Shown one piece after another: positions 40,747 to 50,045 of a stretch of 64,000 nucleotides of DNA (its first letter is position 1; each line of letters opens with the position of its first letter). A model generated the notes under the pieces. It was given only the letters and a program-made list of their open reading frames with translations. It searched no databases and had not been told where the DNA came from. A program made the translations under genes and the position numbers. Origin of the DNA: an uncultured Candidatus Binatia bacterium (GTDB taxonomy: Bacteria; Desulfobacterota; Binatia; UBA9968; JAJDTQ01); contig OZ219754.1 in NCBI GenBank assembly GCA_964291295.2, positions 1,600,001 to 1,664,000 on the forward strand, in the 5' to 3' direction.

Positions 40747-42321
40747 ATGGCTGCAGGTTCGATCCCGTGGCCGGGCTACCGGAAGATCCCTGCCAGACTC
40801 AACCTCGCGGACGAAGTGCTTGAGCGGCCGGGGGCGGCGGACCCTGCGGCGATGGTGTGGAACCGCGGCTCCCTGACCCGCCGGGAACTTCGCGGCAAGG
40901 TGCACGCCTTCGCCAGGGGCCTGCGGGAACTGGGAGTGTTGCCGGGAGAACCGCTGGTGGTGCAGATGGCCAACTCGCCGGAGTTCGCCACCGCGTTTCT
41001 GGCGGCCGTCAAGATGGGAGTGCTGCCGGTGATGGTCAACTCGCTCCTGGGCGTGCGGGAAGTCCAGGCCATCCTGGCGCAGACGCAGCCCCGTTTCGCA
41101 GTCACCGAAGGCTCCCGCGCCCAGGCCCTGCGCCAGCTGCGCGGCTCCATGGGGCTGCGGAACCTGGTTTGCGCGGGCGAGGCCCGCGGCGACGAGATTC
41201 CGTTCGACGCCCTTCAGGGGAAGTCGCCGGAAGACGTCCGCACGCGCGACACCTCGGCCCACGAGCCGGCGTTCATGGTATGTACCTCCGGCACCACCGG
41301 CCGCCCCAAGTGCATCGTCCACGCGCACCGGTGGATCGTCGCCCTGGGGGACCTGAACCGCTACCGGCTGCCGCCGGAGCCGGGCGACGTGGTGATGGCC
41401 ACCGGCGAGTGGAGCTTCATCAGCGCGCTGGGCCACAACCTGCTCTTCCCGCTGCGGAACGGGGTCACGTGCGCCGTGCTGTCGGGCCGCGCGACCCCCG
41501 AGAACGTGCTGGAGCACGTCGCGTCTCTGGGCGTCACGCTGCTCCATTCCGTGGCAACGGTCTACCGCCGGATGCTCGCCGCCGAGGGCATGGAGGATCG
41601 CTACGCCATCCACACCCTCAGGGGCGCGCACTCCACCGGCGAGGCGCTGCGCGAGACCATCTGCCGCCAGTGGAAGGCGCGCTTCGGCTGCGAGATGTAC
41701 GAGCACTACGGAGTGTCCGAGTATCAGCTCGTGGTCGGTCACGGCGTCCGGCATCCGGTAAAGCCGGGCTCGGTGGGGGTGCCGGCCCCGGGCGTGGGCA
41801 TCGACATCGTGGACGACGACGGCCGCCCGGTGGGGGCGGGCGTGGTCGGCCGCACGGTGATCTCGGTTCGGGATCCGGGTCTCTTTCTCGAATACCACGC
41901 CGACCCTCGTCGCACCGAGGAGGCCCGCCGGGGTGGCGTTTACGACACCGGCGACTTGGCGTACCGGGACGAGGAAGGCTACTTGTTCATCGCCGGGCGC
42001 AGCGACGACTGCTTCAAGACCCGCGGGCTCTTTCTGGTGCCCGCGGAAGTGGAGAACGCGCTCCAGCGTCATCCCGCGGTGGCCGAGGCCGTGGTGGTGC
42101 CGGAGCCCGATGCGGAGATCGGCAACCGCGTCTTCGGGATGGTGGTGCCGGCGGCGGGCAGCAAACCGTCGGAGGAGCTGTCAGAGACGCTGCGCCGGAG
42201 CCTCCGGCAGGAACTGGCGCACTACAAGGTTCCCTACCGGATCGAGTTCGCCGAAACGATTCCCAAGAGCCCGGTGGGCAAGATACTGCGGAACGAGGTA
42301 TCCGCGCGCAAAAGGATGTGA
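40747..42321 (+). CDS. AMP-dependent acyl/aryl-CoA ligase (benzoate-CoA ligase-like)
   Basis: TSGTTGRPK, HYGVSE, YDTGDLA, GRSDD, PKSPVGKILR. Confidence 0.9.
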   Translation: MAAGSIPWPGYRKIPARLNLADEVLERPGAADPAAMVWNRGSLTRRELRGKVHAFARGLRELGVLPGEPLVVQMANSPEFATAFLAAVKMGVLPVMVNSLLGVREVQAILAQTQPRFAVTEGSRAQALRQLRGSMGLRNLVCAGEARGDEIPFDALQGKSPEDVRTRDTSAHEPAFMVCTSGTTGRPKCIVHAHRWIVALGDLNRYRLPPEPGDVVMATGEWSFISALGHNLLFPLRNGVTCAVLSGRATPENVLEHVASLGVTLLHSVATVYRRMLAAEGMEDRYAIHTLRGAHSTGEALRETICRQWKARFGCEMYEHYGVSEYQLVVGHGVRHPVKPGSVGVPAPGVGIDIVDDDGRPVGAGVVGRTVISVRDPGLFLEYHADPRRTEEARRGGVYDTGDLAYRDEEGYLFIAGRSDDCFKTRGLFLVPAEVENALQRHPAVAEAVVVPEPDAEIGNRVFGMVVPAAGSKPSEELSETLRRSLRQELAHYKVPYRIEFAETIPKSPVGKILRNEVSARKRM

Positions 42322-42446
42322 CCGCGTGGATGTGATTGCTGTGCAAACGGGCGGAGAGGTGACTGCGACGCAGCCGGGCGCGAACCGGCCGGGACAAGCG
42401 GCGGAGACTCTGTGAAAGGCCGTTCACGGCATGGGAGGTTGACGAT

Positions 42447-42860
42447 ATGGCAGACCTGTCGCACAAGGTGATCCACGAGGCAGCCGGCGAGCTGCTGGCG
42501 GAGTTGGCGAACGAAGCCGGGCGTCCGGTGTCGTGGGCCGTGCTTGACGCCCACCGGGGACTCTTGCACTACACGCGCATGGACGGCGCACCCTACCGCT
42601 CCAGCATTCTCTCCCACAACAAGGCGTACTCCGCGGTGTGGTTCGGCCGGGACTCGGTGGAGATCGAGAAGATGGTGGGTAACCGCGGCATCGCCGCCTA
42701 CGGCGACCCGAACCTGACCTCCATCGGCGGCGGCGTCCTGGTCAAGGACAGGTCAGGTGCCGTGGTGGGCGCCATCGGCGTGAGCGGACGCACCATGGAG
42801 GATGACATCGCGGTGGCGGTGCGGCTGGTGGACAAGATCAGGGCCAAGGCGGGTTTCTGA
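42447..42860 (+). CDS. GlcG/HbpS-family heme-binding protein
   Basis: AVLD..G.L...RMDGA, KAYSA, GGGV...GAIGVSG; RBS GGGAGG. Confidence 0.88.
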   Translation: MADLSHKVIHEAAGELLAELANEAGRPVSWAVLDAHRGLLHYTRMDGAPYRSSILSHNKAYSAVWFGRDSVEIEKMVGNRGIAAYGDPNLTSIGGGVLVKDRSGAVVGAIGVSGRTMEDDIAVAVRLVDKIRAKAGF

Positions 42861-42915
42861 GGGGAGGCTGGTGCCGTTCAGGAGGAGATGCCTCAATGCC
42901 TCTGGAGCGCAACGA

Positions 42916-45003
42916 CTAACCCAAGCCGAACAGTTCCAGAAGTTCCTTGCGGTTCAGGCGTGTCGAGAGGTCCATTGACACATCATCGACCAGTTGATCG
43001 AACAACGCCTGTTTTCGCCGCAGAATCTGATCGATGCGCTCCTCGATCGTATCCTCGCAGGTGTACTTGATTACATTCACCTTGACCGTTTGGCCCAAGC
43101 GGTGACTCCGGTCCTCGGCCTGCTGTTCCACGGCCGGGTTCCACCACCGGTCCAGATGGAACACATAGGACGCCTCCTGTAAATTCAGACCAAGCCCGCC
43201 CGCCCGCAAAGAAATGATCAGTGCTCTGTGAGTATTTCCGGTCTTGAAGCGGTCGATGAGTTCCGAGCGCCGCTCCGGCGGGGTATCGCCGGTCAGGACA
43301 AGTGGGTTGAAGGCCTTGAGATGATTGGCGGCAGCCCCTACGCCCGCAGTGTCGCTCTTGTACTGGGAAAAGACCAGCGCCTTGTGTCCCTGCTCCACCA
43401 ACGCCTGCAATCTGTCGCTGATATCGTCCAGTTTGCTGGAGGCTCCCGTTCTGGGATCGGCATTGCAGATTTGTTTCAGACGGGTGATCAGTTCCAACAC
43501 ATGCTGGATTCCGACTTCGGTTCCAAGAGACTTCAGATAGACGATCCCCTCGTGTTCTGCCTTGTCGTAGCTTTCCCGCTGCTCGCGGTGCAGGGAGACC
43601 GTCAATCTGCTCTCCAATTTGGGCGGAAGATCCTGAAGAACGTCACCTTTTTTGCGCCGAAGCTGCAATTCACGGTGCCGCTGGCGCAACGCCGGGCCTG
43701 GACTATAGTGTTTGCGCGGGGTTCCCTTTTCGTGATCGACGAACTCCATGATGGAAGCCAATTCGTCCTCATCGTTCTCGATGGGTGTGCCGGTCAATGC
43801 CCAGGAGCGCCGCCTCGGGAGGTTCTTGACAACCGCGCTCGTGTCGTTTCGGTTCTTGATTCTCTGAGCCTCATCAAGCACGACCACTCCCCAAGCATTC
43901 CTGGTGGCCTGGAGTCTCGCCAGATATACTGTATCCTGACGCAGGACATCGTAGCTGACCAACGTGATGTCTTTCCCGGCCCTCCAGTGCCAGCTTCGGT
44001 CATTCCATCCCCCGCGGACGATGATCGCACTGAGTTCAGGCGCCCACCGCGCGAGTTCGCTCCGCCATTGATCGAGCACACTGGCCGGGGCCACTACAAG
44101 CCCGGACTCGATCTCTCCCCGCGCCCTCAGTATCCGTAGAGCGGCGACGGCCTGCACCGTCTTGCCCAGGCCCATGTCGTCTGACAGCAGCAAGCGGTCC
44201 ATTGAGATCAGGGCTTGGATGCCTTCGCGCTGGAACGGCATGAGCTCGGCGGGCCACTCCAGGTGCGCGTCCGGTCGGGTGGAGGCGCTAGGGGTTCGGG
44301 GGGGCGCAAGCACTGCCCACAGCCGTTCGACCAAGTCGAATTCCGCTCGGCCCTGCGCCCCGGCCTTGGACGTAGTAACAGAGGATACGGCGTCTTCACT
44401 CATCTGCGTGCCAGTTCGGGGAGGCAATGAAATCACCGTTCTCAGCCCCTCCATCTCCATCAACGATCGGACCCGCGGGTCGGCAAATGCAATGGTCAGA
44501 GCCTTGGCAGTCCGCACCATCGGCTCAAGCGGATCCTGCCATTGCATGATCCGGCCGAGCGCCTTGTTCGCGGTCGATTGCGGTCCGGGATCCCCGTTCG
44601 CCCAGAGCACCTGACGAACAGCACCGATCGATGGCCCCGGTCCCGAATCACCCTCGCACTCCTCGGATGTCCAAACAACACGACCAAAGGGTACCTTGGG
44701 ACTCAGTGCATGGAAGTGCCGAGAAGGTACCTCTTCCGCAAGACCGAGCAGTAGTGTGGGTGCTGCCACGCACGACTGAACCAAAAAGCCTGCGAGAAAC
44801 GGTGTCACGGATTCGTCAGCAGATCCCCGCAGCGTTCCCCGGACGAAGCTGAAACCCAAAGGCTCCCCCCGTGCCGACGTCTCCAACAGTCCGGCGTGAA
44901 TGCCCCGGCCGTCCTGTACCCGGACAAACCGCAGCCACCCGATCACTCCGCCTCCGGTCATGCCGTAAAAGGGAAGGGGTACGCGAGAGTGCCGTTCATC
45001 CAT
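42916..45003 (-). CDS. SNF2-family helicase/ATPase with uncharacterised N-terminal domain
   Basis: PFQREG, LLSDDMGLGKT, LDEAQRIKN, LTGTPIEN, LRRKK, LVFSQY, GGLGLNL, WWNPAVEQQAEDRSHRLGQ. Confidence 0.92.
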   Translation of the reverse strand: MDERHSRVPLPFYGMTGGGVIGWLRFVRVQDGRGIHAGLLETSARGEPLGFSFVRGTLRGSADESVTPFLAGFLVQSCVAAPTLLLGLAEEVPSRHFHALSPKVPFGRVVWTSEECEGDSGPGPSIGAVRQVLWANGDPGPQSTANKALGRIMQWQDPLEPMVRTAKALTIAFADPRVRSLMEMEGLRTVISLPPRTGTQMSEDAVSSVTTSKAGAQGRAEFDLVERLWAVLAPPRTPSASTRPDAHLEWPAELMPFQREGIQALISMDRLLLSDDMGLGKTVQAVAALRILRARGEIESGLVVAPASVLDQWRSELARWAPELSAIIVRGGWNDRSWHWRAGKDITLVSYDVLRQDTVYLARLQATRNAWGVVVLDEAQRIKNRNDTSAVVKNLPRRRSWALTGTPIENDEDELASIMEFVDHEKGTPRKHYSPGPALRQRHRELQLRRKKGDVLQDLPPKLESRLTVSLHREQRESYDKAEHEGIVYLKSLGTEVGIQHVLELITRLKQICNADPRTGASSKLDDISDRLQALVEQGHKALVFSQYKSDTAGVGAAANHLKAFNPLVLTGDTPPERRSELIDRFKTGNTHRALIISLRAGGLGLNLQEASYVFHLDRWWNPAVEQQAEDRSHRLGQTVKVNVIKYTCEDTIEERIDQILRRKQALFDQLVDDVSMDLSTRLNRKELLELFGLG

Positions 45004-45015
45004 ATGGCGAAGGTC

Positions 45016-46299
45016 TTACCCGGATTCGTCCCTGGTCTCGTGTTCCAGGTCAACGTTCTCGTCATACGGTGTTGTAAACTCCACACCCTCGGTGTGAGGC
45101 CGGTAGTTCGGATATAGCCGGCGCAGATCCCATTCGTTGATCGCAGCCCGGACCTTGTAACGCATTCGTCCCTGAAAACCCGCTCCCCCCGCCGAGGCTT
45201 CATAGGCCGGAGGCTCCCACCCGTAAGCTTTGTTGTACAAGCCGCGCAAGGTTTCGACAGTTGCCTTTACGTCTTGATCGTTGGGTGACCTCAAGCTCAA
45301 TGAGTTGTTCACCAGGAGATGCATGCCGCTCTCTGCGCGAGCCCCGAGATCGCTGTGTCTCGCGCTCTGTTCCAGTTTCGGTCGAACGTAATCGCCGTCC
45401 TTCTTTTGTCCGTCAGGGCTGATGATAGCAGCCGCAAAATCCTCGGTAACTGCGCCGACTACGATCAGGCCGGGATAACTCTCTTCCTGCGCCAATCCCA
45501 TCCACCTTGCCAACTCCGCGTACGACCGTCCGCGTTGCAATATCGAATATGATCCGATCAACTCGATCTCGTCCAAAAGTACAACCCAGCCGCGATACCC
45601 GGCGCTCTTGATCAACTCAACGGCGAACCGCAATCGCTGCGGCGGCAGGTCGGCTGCTTTCGGCGCGCGGAACTTGTAATTTTTGGACTCATCGATCTGT
45701 TTGAGTCCATTGCGAATCCTGGAGATCGGTATGGGGTCACCCGCCCAGAAGGATTCGATTTCGCTCATCAACTCCATGTCTCTCGAAAGTTCGTGGACGA
45801 TACGGCTTGCAGGAAACATCATGCTCAGGCGGCCATCTGAGGCGGCGGTGTCAGCCCACCGAGCAAAGGTCATATACTCCTTCGAACTCGGCTCCATGGA
45901 AAGCGCAAGCTCTTCAATGAAGCGTCCGCGTCGGTCAGGTATCCGACCGTTCTCCATGGTCGAGACAAACACTTTCCCCAGATCGTAGAGCGGAGTTTCC
46001 TTGCTGATGGCAACCCTGCTGCAAACGAAGTTCTTGGAAAGGGCGAGATGTTCAAGGTGCGCCAGAAGATGCGACTTGCCCGAGCCAAAATCCCCGGAAA
46101 CAAGCATTCCATGAGAGTGTGTCAACGGCCCATCGGTTCTTGCCGCATCATCCAGCATCTGGACAAATCGTTCTTCAGCCTGCGGTTGATTGCAACCCAG
46201 TTCCCGTACTGCTTGCCGGTTCGGCACACCGTTGCGCAAGGCCTCCACGGCCATCCGGGCTTCCAGTCTTCCGTTCGTGTGAAACGCCATACGATCCAT
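45016..46299 (-). CDS. BrxD/DUF2791-like P-loop ATPase (intact motifs)
   Basis: AVEALRNGVP N-terminus, Walker A GDFGSGKSH, ISKETPL, Walker B VVLLDEIE. Confidence 0.82.
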   Translation of the reverse strand: MDRMAFHTNGRLEARMAVEALRNGVPNRQAVRELGCNQPQAEERFVQMLDDAARTDGPLTHSHGMLVSGDFGSGKSHLLAHLEHLALSKNFVCSRVAISKETPLYDLGKVFVSTMENGRIPDRRGRFIEELALSMEPSSKEYMTFARWADTAASDGRLSMMFPASRIVHELSRDMELMSEIESFWAGDPIPISRIRNGLKQIDESKNYKFRAPKAADLPPQRLRFAVELIKSAGYRGWVVLLDEIELIGSYSILQRGRSYAELARWMGLAQEESYPGLIVVGAVTEDFAAAIISPDGQKKDGDYVRPKLEQSARHSDLGARAESGMHLLVNNSLSLRSPNDQDVKATVETLRGLYNKAYGWEPPAYEASAGGAGFQGRMRYKVRAAINEWDLRRLYPNYRPHTEGVEFTTPYDENVDLEHETRDESG

Positions 46300-46302
46300 C
46301 CT

Positions 46303-47262
46303 CTACAAAAGCCGCACCAGAGCCGCCACCGGATTGGCGACATTCCGATCTCGAACGTCGTCCATCACCCTGGTGCGGAGAGCGGGGTAGATGGCCCAGC
46401 TTCTCCCGGACTGCTCGTCGATGAACGTGGCGTCGGTCAACGTCACCATCAAACACCCTGATAACCGATCCACGTCGTCAATGAATTCTCGCAGCAACTC
46501 GTAGTGATCCATGGTCATGGCCCGCGTGTAATAGCGCTTTCCGTCCATGGGATTACGAGACAGGGTCACGCGGGTATTATCCAAAAGAAGCACCGTACCG
46601 GAATATCCCGCCTGTCGTACCCAATACAAAGCCGATTCGATGAAATATCGTGCAGTCGTACGATTGATGGGTGTATGAATTTGGAACGGCTTGACATTGC
46701 CAATCCGCGTGTTGGTGCCCGATAGCCAGTCAAGCAGCGGCTGGTCAGCATATCTCTCCGGCCCCGCACTCTCCCTTTCGGAAAGGCAGAGATGCGTCAT
46801 AGCCACCCGGAAGGGCTTGGCCATGTTCGCGTTCTTGATGACCTTTTTCTCCAAGGCTGGTCGCAATTCGATGAGTACGGTCTGAGGTTCGATGTCGTTG
46901 GCTTGAGCCACGGCATTGATTATGTTGGCTGCCCCGTCCGGCTCAATGCCATCGACCGGAAAGGCCGTCTCCGAGAGCAGCCGCAAGACCACCCGACGCG
47001 CAAGCAATCGCCAGTCAATCTGCGAAGCCAGTCCGAAAAAGACATCCTGAGGCATGTGCACACGACTGGCGGTGGCATCCAGCGCAACGAACAGGTACGC
47101 TTGTCCTTCGCAAAGGTTCTTCATACCCTCGACAAGAGCAGGCCGTCGGTCCTCTGCGGTAATCGCAAACTTCACCGCAGCACCGCCGTCCTTGATGAAC
47201 GTGGACAAGTACTCGCGATCCATATGGTCGAGCCAGTCGGCTACCGGGATAGCATTGGTCAT
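46303..47262 (-). CDS. BrxD/DUF2791-like protein with degenerate Walker motifs
   Basis: IKDGGAAVKF, LLDWLSG, AGYSGTVLLLDN, YELLREFIDD and YPALRTRV match BrxD architecture, but there is no GxxGxGKS/T. Confidence 0.72.
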   Translation of the reverse strand: MTNAIPVADWLDHMDREYLSTFIKDGGAAVKFAITAEDRRPALVEGMKNLCEGQAYLFVALDATASRVHMPQDVFFGLASQIDWRLLARRVVLRLLSETAFPVDGIEPDGAANIINAVAQANDIEPQTVLIELRPALEKKVIKNANMAKPFRVAMTHLCLSERESAGPERYADQPLLDWLSGTNTRIGNVKPFQIHTPINRTTARYFIESALYWVRQAGYSGTVLLLDNTRVTLSRNPMDGKRYYTRAMTMDHYELLREFIDDVDRLSGCLMVTLTDATFIDEQSGRSWAIYPALRTRVMDDVRDRNVANPVAALVRLL

Positions 47263-48086
47263 TCGCCACCCTTGCTGAATCGAACACCGTAATATTCGGC
47301 GTTATCGCCGTTTGGCCCAATGAAGGAAAAAAGATCGCTCGAACGTTTCCGGGCACCCGTAGAACTCGGGAACGAAACGGCTGCGCCATCCTTGGTGCGG
47401 CGAGGTCCGTGCGACTCGAGAATGTAGAGGTCGCGGGCAAAGTCGCTTCGACCATAGTCGCGAGCGCTCCCAGGAAGGGCCGTCATCAGCTTGTATATCC
47501 TGGCCAGAGGCATAACACGACCGCTGTCCGGCAAGAGGCCTGAGGAGGATTTCTGGTTTGAGGATGATTTCTTTGCAATCTCTGCAAGGTCGGTATAAAC
47601 AGTATACAACGATTCCAGAAATCGTTGCGATGAAAAGCCGCTGGACTTCTTCTGATTCGTCAGGAGGAGCCCGGCGAGGTAGGACGGCCTTACGGTGGAC
47701 ACCTTCTTTCTGTCCACCATGACCACACGTTCAGCCGGGAGTATCCGTACGATTGACGGGTATGAGATCAAGCTCCCTTCCCGTTCATGAATCTTCAGCC
47801 CCTTTGTGCTCGCGGCAGCCTTGAGTTCTTCGGAGTACTGAGGACCGAACAACTCCTGTTCTCCCTCGCCTGAGAACGGCCAGCAGGAACCGATATTGGA
47901 AACCTCTTGCTGAAGCGTAGCGAGAACTTCGTTCAGTCTCCGCAGGCAGCGTCTTCTGCCGGCAATATCACCGGTTCGGGCAGCTTTCGCCAAAGCGCGG
48001 ATCTGAGAAGAAACGCTGCCGGCGGACTTTAGTGCGTTTTCGGCAGCTCTTTCGGTATCACTACAGGCTTGTTCGAAGCTGACCAC
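47259..48086 (-). CDS. Hypothetical protein (helical N-terminus, possible winged-helix C-terminus)
   Basis: GTG start with GGAGGTG RBS, about 275 aa; stop overlaps the next start codon (47259-47262). Confidence 0.75.
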   Translation of the reverse strand: MVSFEQACSDTERAAENALKSAGSVSSQIRALAKAARTGDIAGRRRCLRRLNEVLATLQQEVSNIGSCWPFSGEGEQELFGPQYSEELKAAASTKGLKIHEREGSLISYPSIVRILPAERVVMVDRKKVSTVRPSYLAGLLLTNQKKSSGFSSQRFLESLYTVYTDLAEIAKKSSSNQKSSSGLLPDSGRVMPLARIYKLMTALPGSARDYGRSDFARDLYILESHGPRRTKDGAAVSFPSSTGARKRSSDLFSFIGPNGDNAEYYGVRFSKGGE

Positions 48087-48268
48087 TATCCACACCTCCC
48101 ATGTGGGTCCAGATAACCAACACCATTGATACGAGTTTCTGTTTGGCAACGCAAGAGCCGGATTCCCTGACGAGCATCGGCCGTGCCACCGTCAGTTCGA
48201 TCACGGCGGCCGACGAGCATCCCGTCCATCCGGTGCTGTCGTAGCCTGCCGAGCCTCTTCAAACAGCG

Positions 48269-48631
48269 TCATCCCGTCCATCCTGCCGACAGCGCGTCCG
48301 CCGGTTCGAACATGGAGTGCGTCGTCTTTCCCGCCTGTCCAGTGGGTAGCCAACTGCGCAAGATGCGTTTCACCAGTTGGCGCAGGTTGGCACGGACGGT
48401 CTCGCTCCGTGTCCAGTCGTCGTTGCGGTCCTCGACTGTTGTCCGGCACAGGCCCGGGTTGAGCCGGGCCTGCGCCGGCGTAGACGCTGCCCCAGCAACA
48501 CCACGCCATGGTCTGCACGCTCGGCCATCGGTCCATCGGGGATGATGTCCAGGCCGTGCGCGCGGCCCGGCCGAGGCTCGAAAGCCATTCGAGGGTGCCC
48601 CCTCGACCGTAGATTCTGTGACACGGTTCAT
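48269..48631 (-). pseudogene. hsdR: Type I restriction endonuclease R subunit remnant (N- and C-termini only, frameshifted)
   Basis: Reading across three frames gives VTESTVE../LEWLSSLG/AHGLDIIPDGPMAERADHGVVLLGQRLR/ARLNP (HsdR N-terminus), joined to DWTRSETVRANLRQLVKRILR (DUF3387-like HsdR C-terminus). Confidence 0.75.
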
Positions 48632-49392
48632 GCAGCCAACTCATCCCGCGCTTCGTCACGGGTCGACCATGGAACCGGGTTCACCGCATAACTCCGCAGG
48701 GCATCCAGGACGTTCTCGGAAATCTTCTGTTCGGAGTCGTTCAGAATCGCGTAGGCGCGAGCCTCGGAGGAACGTTCTTCTCTGGTGTCAATCCAGGAAA
48801 ATACCATCGCCTGTGCGGCGTCGCGGTTTGGCCGGTTGATGGCACGCAGGACACGTTCAGGCCGAGCTTTCGATTTTGGTATGACAAAATCGAAACGATG
48901 ATCGTAGCCGCTCTTGCCGGTGAATTTGACGCTCGGCGTATAGCGGATATCGGAGAAATCAAACCACGCGGTGACATCCTCGTGAAACAGATGCATGATG
49001 GCAGGTGAGGCCAGATGGAAGAGATCGTTGACCGCCAGCATCGCCTGCACGAGATTGTGCTTCCGTAGAGGAAAATTGTCCGGTGATGCCTTGACTTCAA
49101 GCGCCTTTCCATTCGCCTGTACACCGAATCCGTTCAGCGTCGTCCTGAACATGGCTTGGCGCTTCGGGCTGTCAATCCTGCATCCTGATAATTCGAGATC
49201 TTCGAGAACATGCCCGTCATCCGTCAGCACGAAACCGTTGTCGGCGCGTCTGGCATAAATCTGGAGGTAATCGTTGTGCCGGTCCAGGTACGGTGTTGTG
49301 ATCTCGACGCAGTCTCTCACCTCGCGCAGGTTAGTCTTGTCCTTCAGCCAAGCCCAGTAAAGTTCCACCAGTTTCTGTATGTCCTGGATCAT
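48628..49392 (-). CDS. DUF1828/DUF1829-like protein
   Basis: [22 protein letters not shown]; [16 protein letters not shown]; ATGA overlaps at both ends. Confidence 0.8.
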   Translation of the reverse strand: MIQDIQKLVELYWAWLKDKTNLREVRDCVEITTPYLDRHNDYLQIYARRADNGFVLTDDGHVLEDLELSGCRIDSPKRQAMFRTTLNGFGVQANGKALEVKASPDNFPLRKHNLVQAMLAVNDLFHLASPAIMHLFHEDVTAWFDFSDIRYTPSVKFTGKSGYDHRFDFVIPKSKARPERVLRAINRPNRDAAQAMVFSWIDTREERSSEARAYAILNDSEQKISENVLDALRSYAVNPVPWSTRDEARDELAA

Positions 49393-49838
49393 ATGAACAG
49401 CCCCGGCCTGATAATGGGCGGCTCGGTGATGCGGCAGAACCGCATGAAGTCTTCGAGCGTCAGCCACGGGTCGTCGAGATTCGGGAAACTGACGGCTGGA
49501 GCCGGAAAGGCCCACTTGTCGCCAAACCCTTCTCGGTAAAGATGCAGGTGAAGGGAACCGACTTCTTTGCCGTCCGGGTTGCGATGCGGTGCCCCACCGA
49601 AATCGAGCCGAGCCAGGGTCCCAGTCTCCCGACCGCGATTCGGGTAGGTTCCTTTCTGGAGGTCAATCCTCGCCCGCCGAAGGTCGAGAAAGAACCGCTC
49701 GCGCCCATTCACTGAGACCAAGGGTGCTGTAAGCCGCCCTCCCAGACCCGGATAGTCCCGCTCGGCAGAGCCCGCACGCCGTTTTTCCATTGCCAGAAGC
49801 GCGTCGGCCTCTGCTTGTGCAAGGCTTGCGTCAGTCAT
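49389..49838 (-). CDS. DUF6978-like protein
   Basis: [28 protein letters not shown]...[22 protein letters not shown]. Confidence 0.72.
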   Translation of the reverse strand: MTDASLAQAEADALLAMEKRRAGSAERDYPGLGGRLTAPLVSVNGRERFFLDLRRARIDLQKGTYPNRGRETGTLARLDFGGAPHRNPDGKEVGSLHLHLYREGFGDKWAFPAPAVSFPNLDDPWLTLEDFMRFCRITEPPIIRPGLFI

Positions 49839-50045
49839 GGGAAAGCGCGTGGATGGATGAAAATGGCGGAGGCGAAGACCCTCACAGCTTTGGCAGCGGT
49901 GGTCCGCCCGGCTTTGGCCCCCGCCGTCGGGGCCGGGGCCGGTGGAAGGGTTCGGGGTTGGTCCGGTCCGCCTCGTGACGGCGATGCGGTGTGTACGATG
50001 GCGTGTGCGCGATGCGCCGGGTGACGAGGAAGATCCTCGCGGCAC

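Noticed and set aside
49840-50045. Possible degraded hsdS 3' end (..LPKL*) upstream of the DUF6978-like gene
   Set aside because: The position would fit a type I RM locus, but the match is only four residues and too weak without BLASTX.
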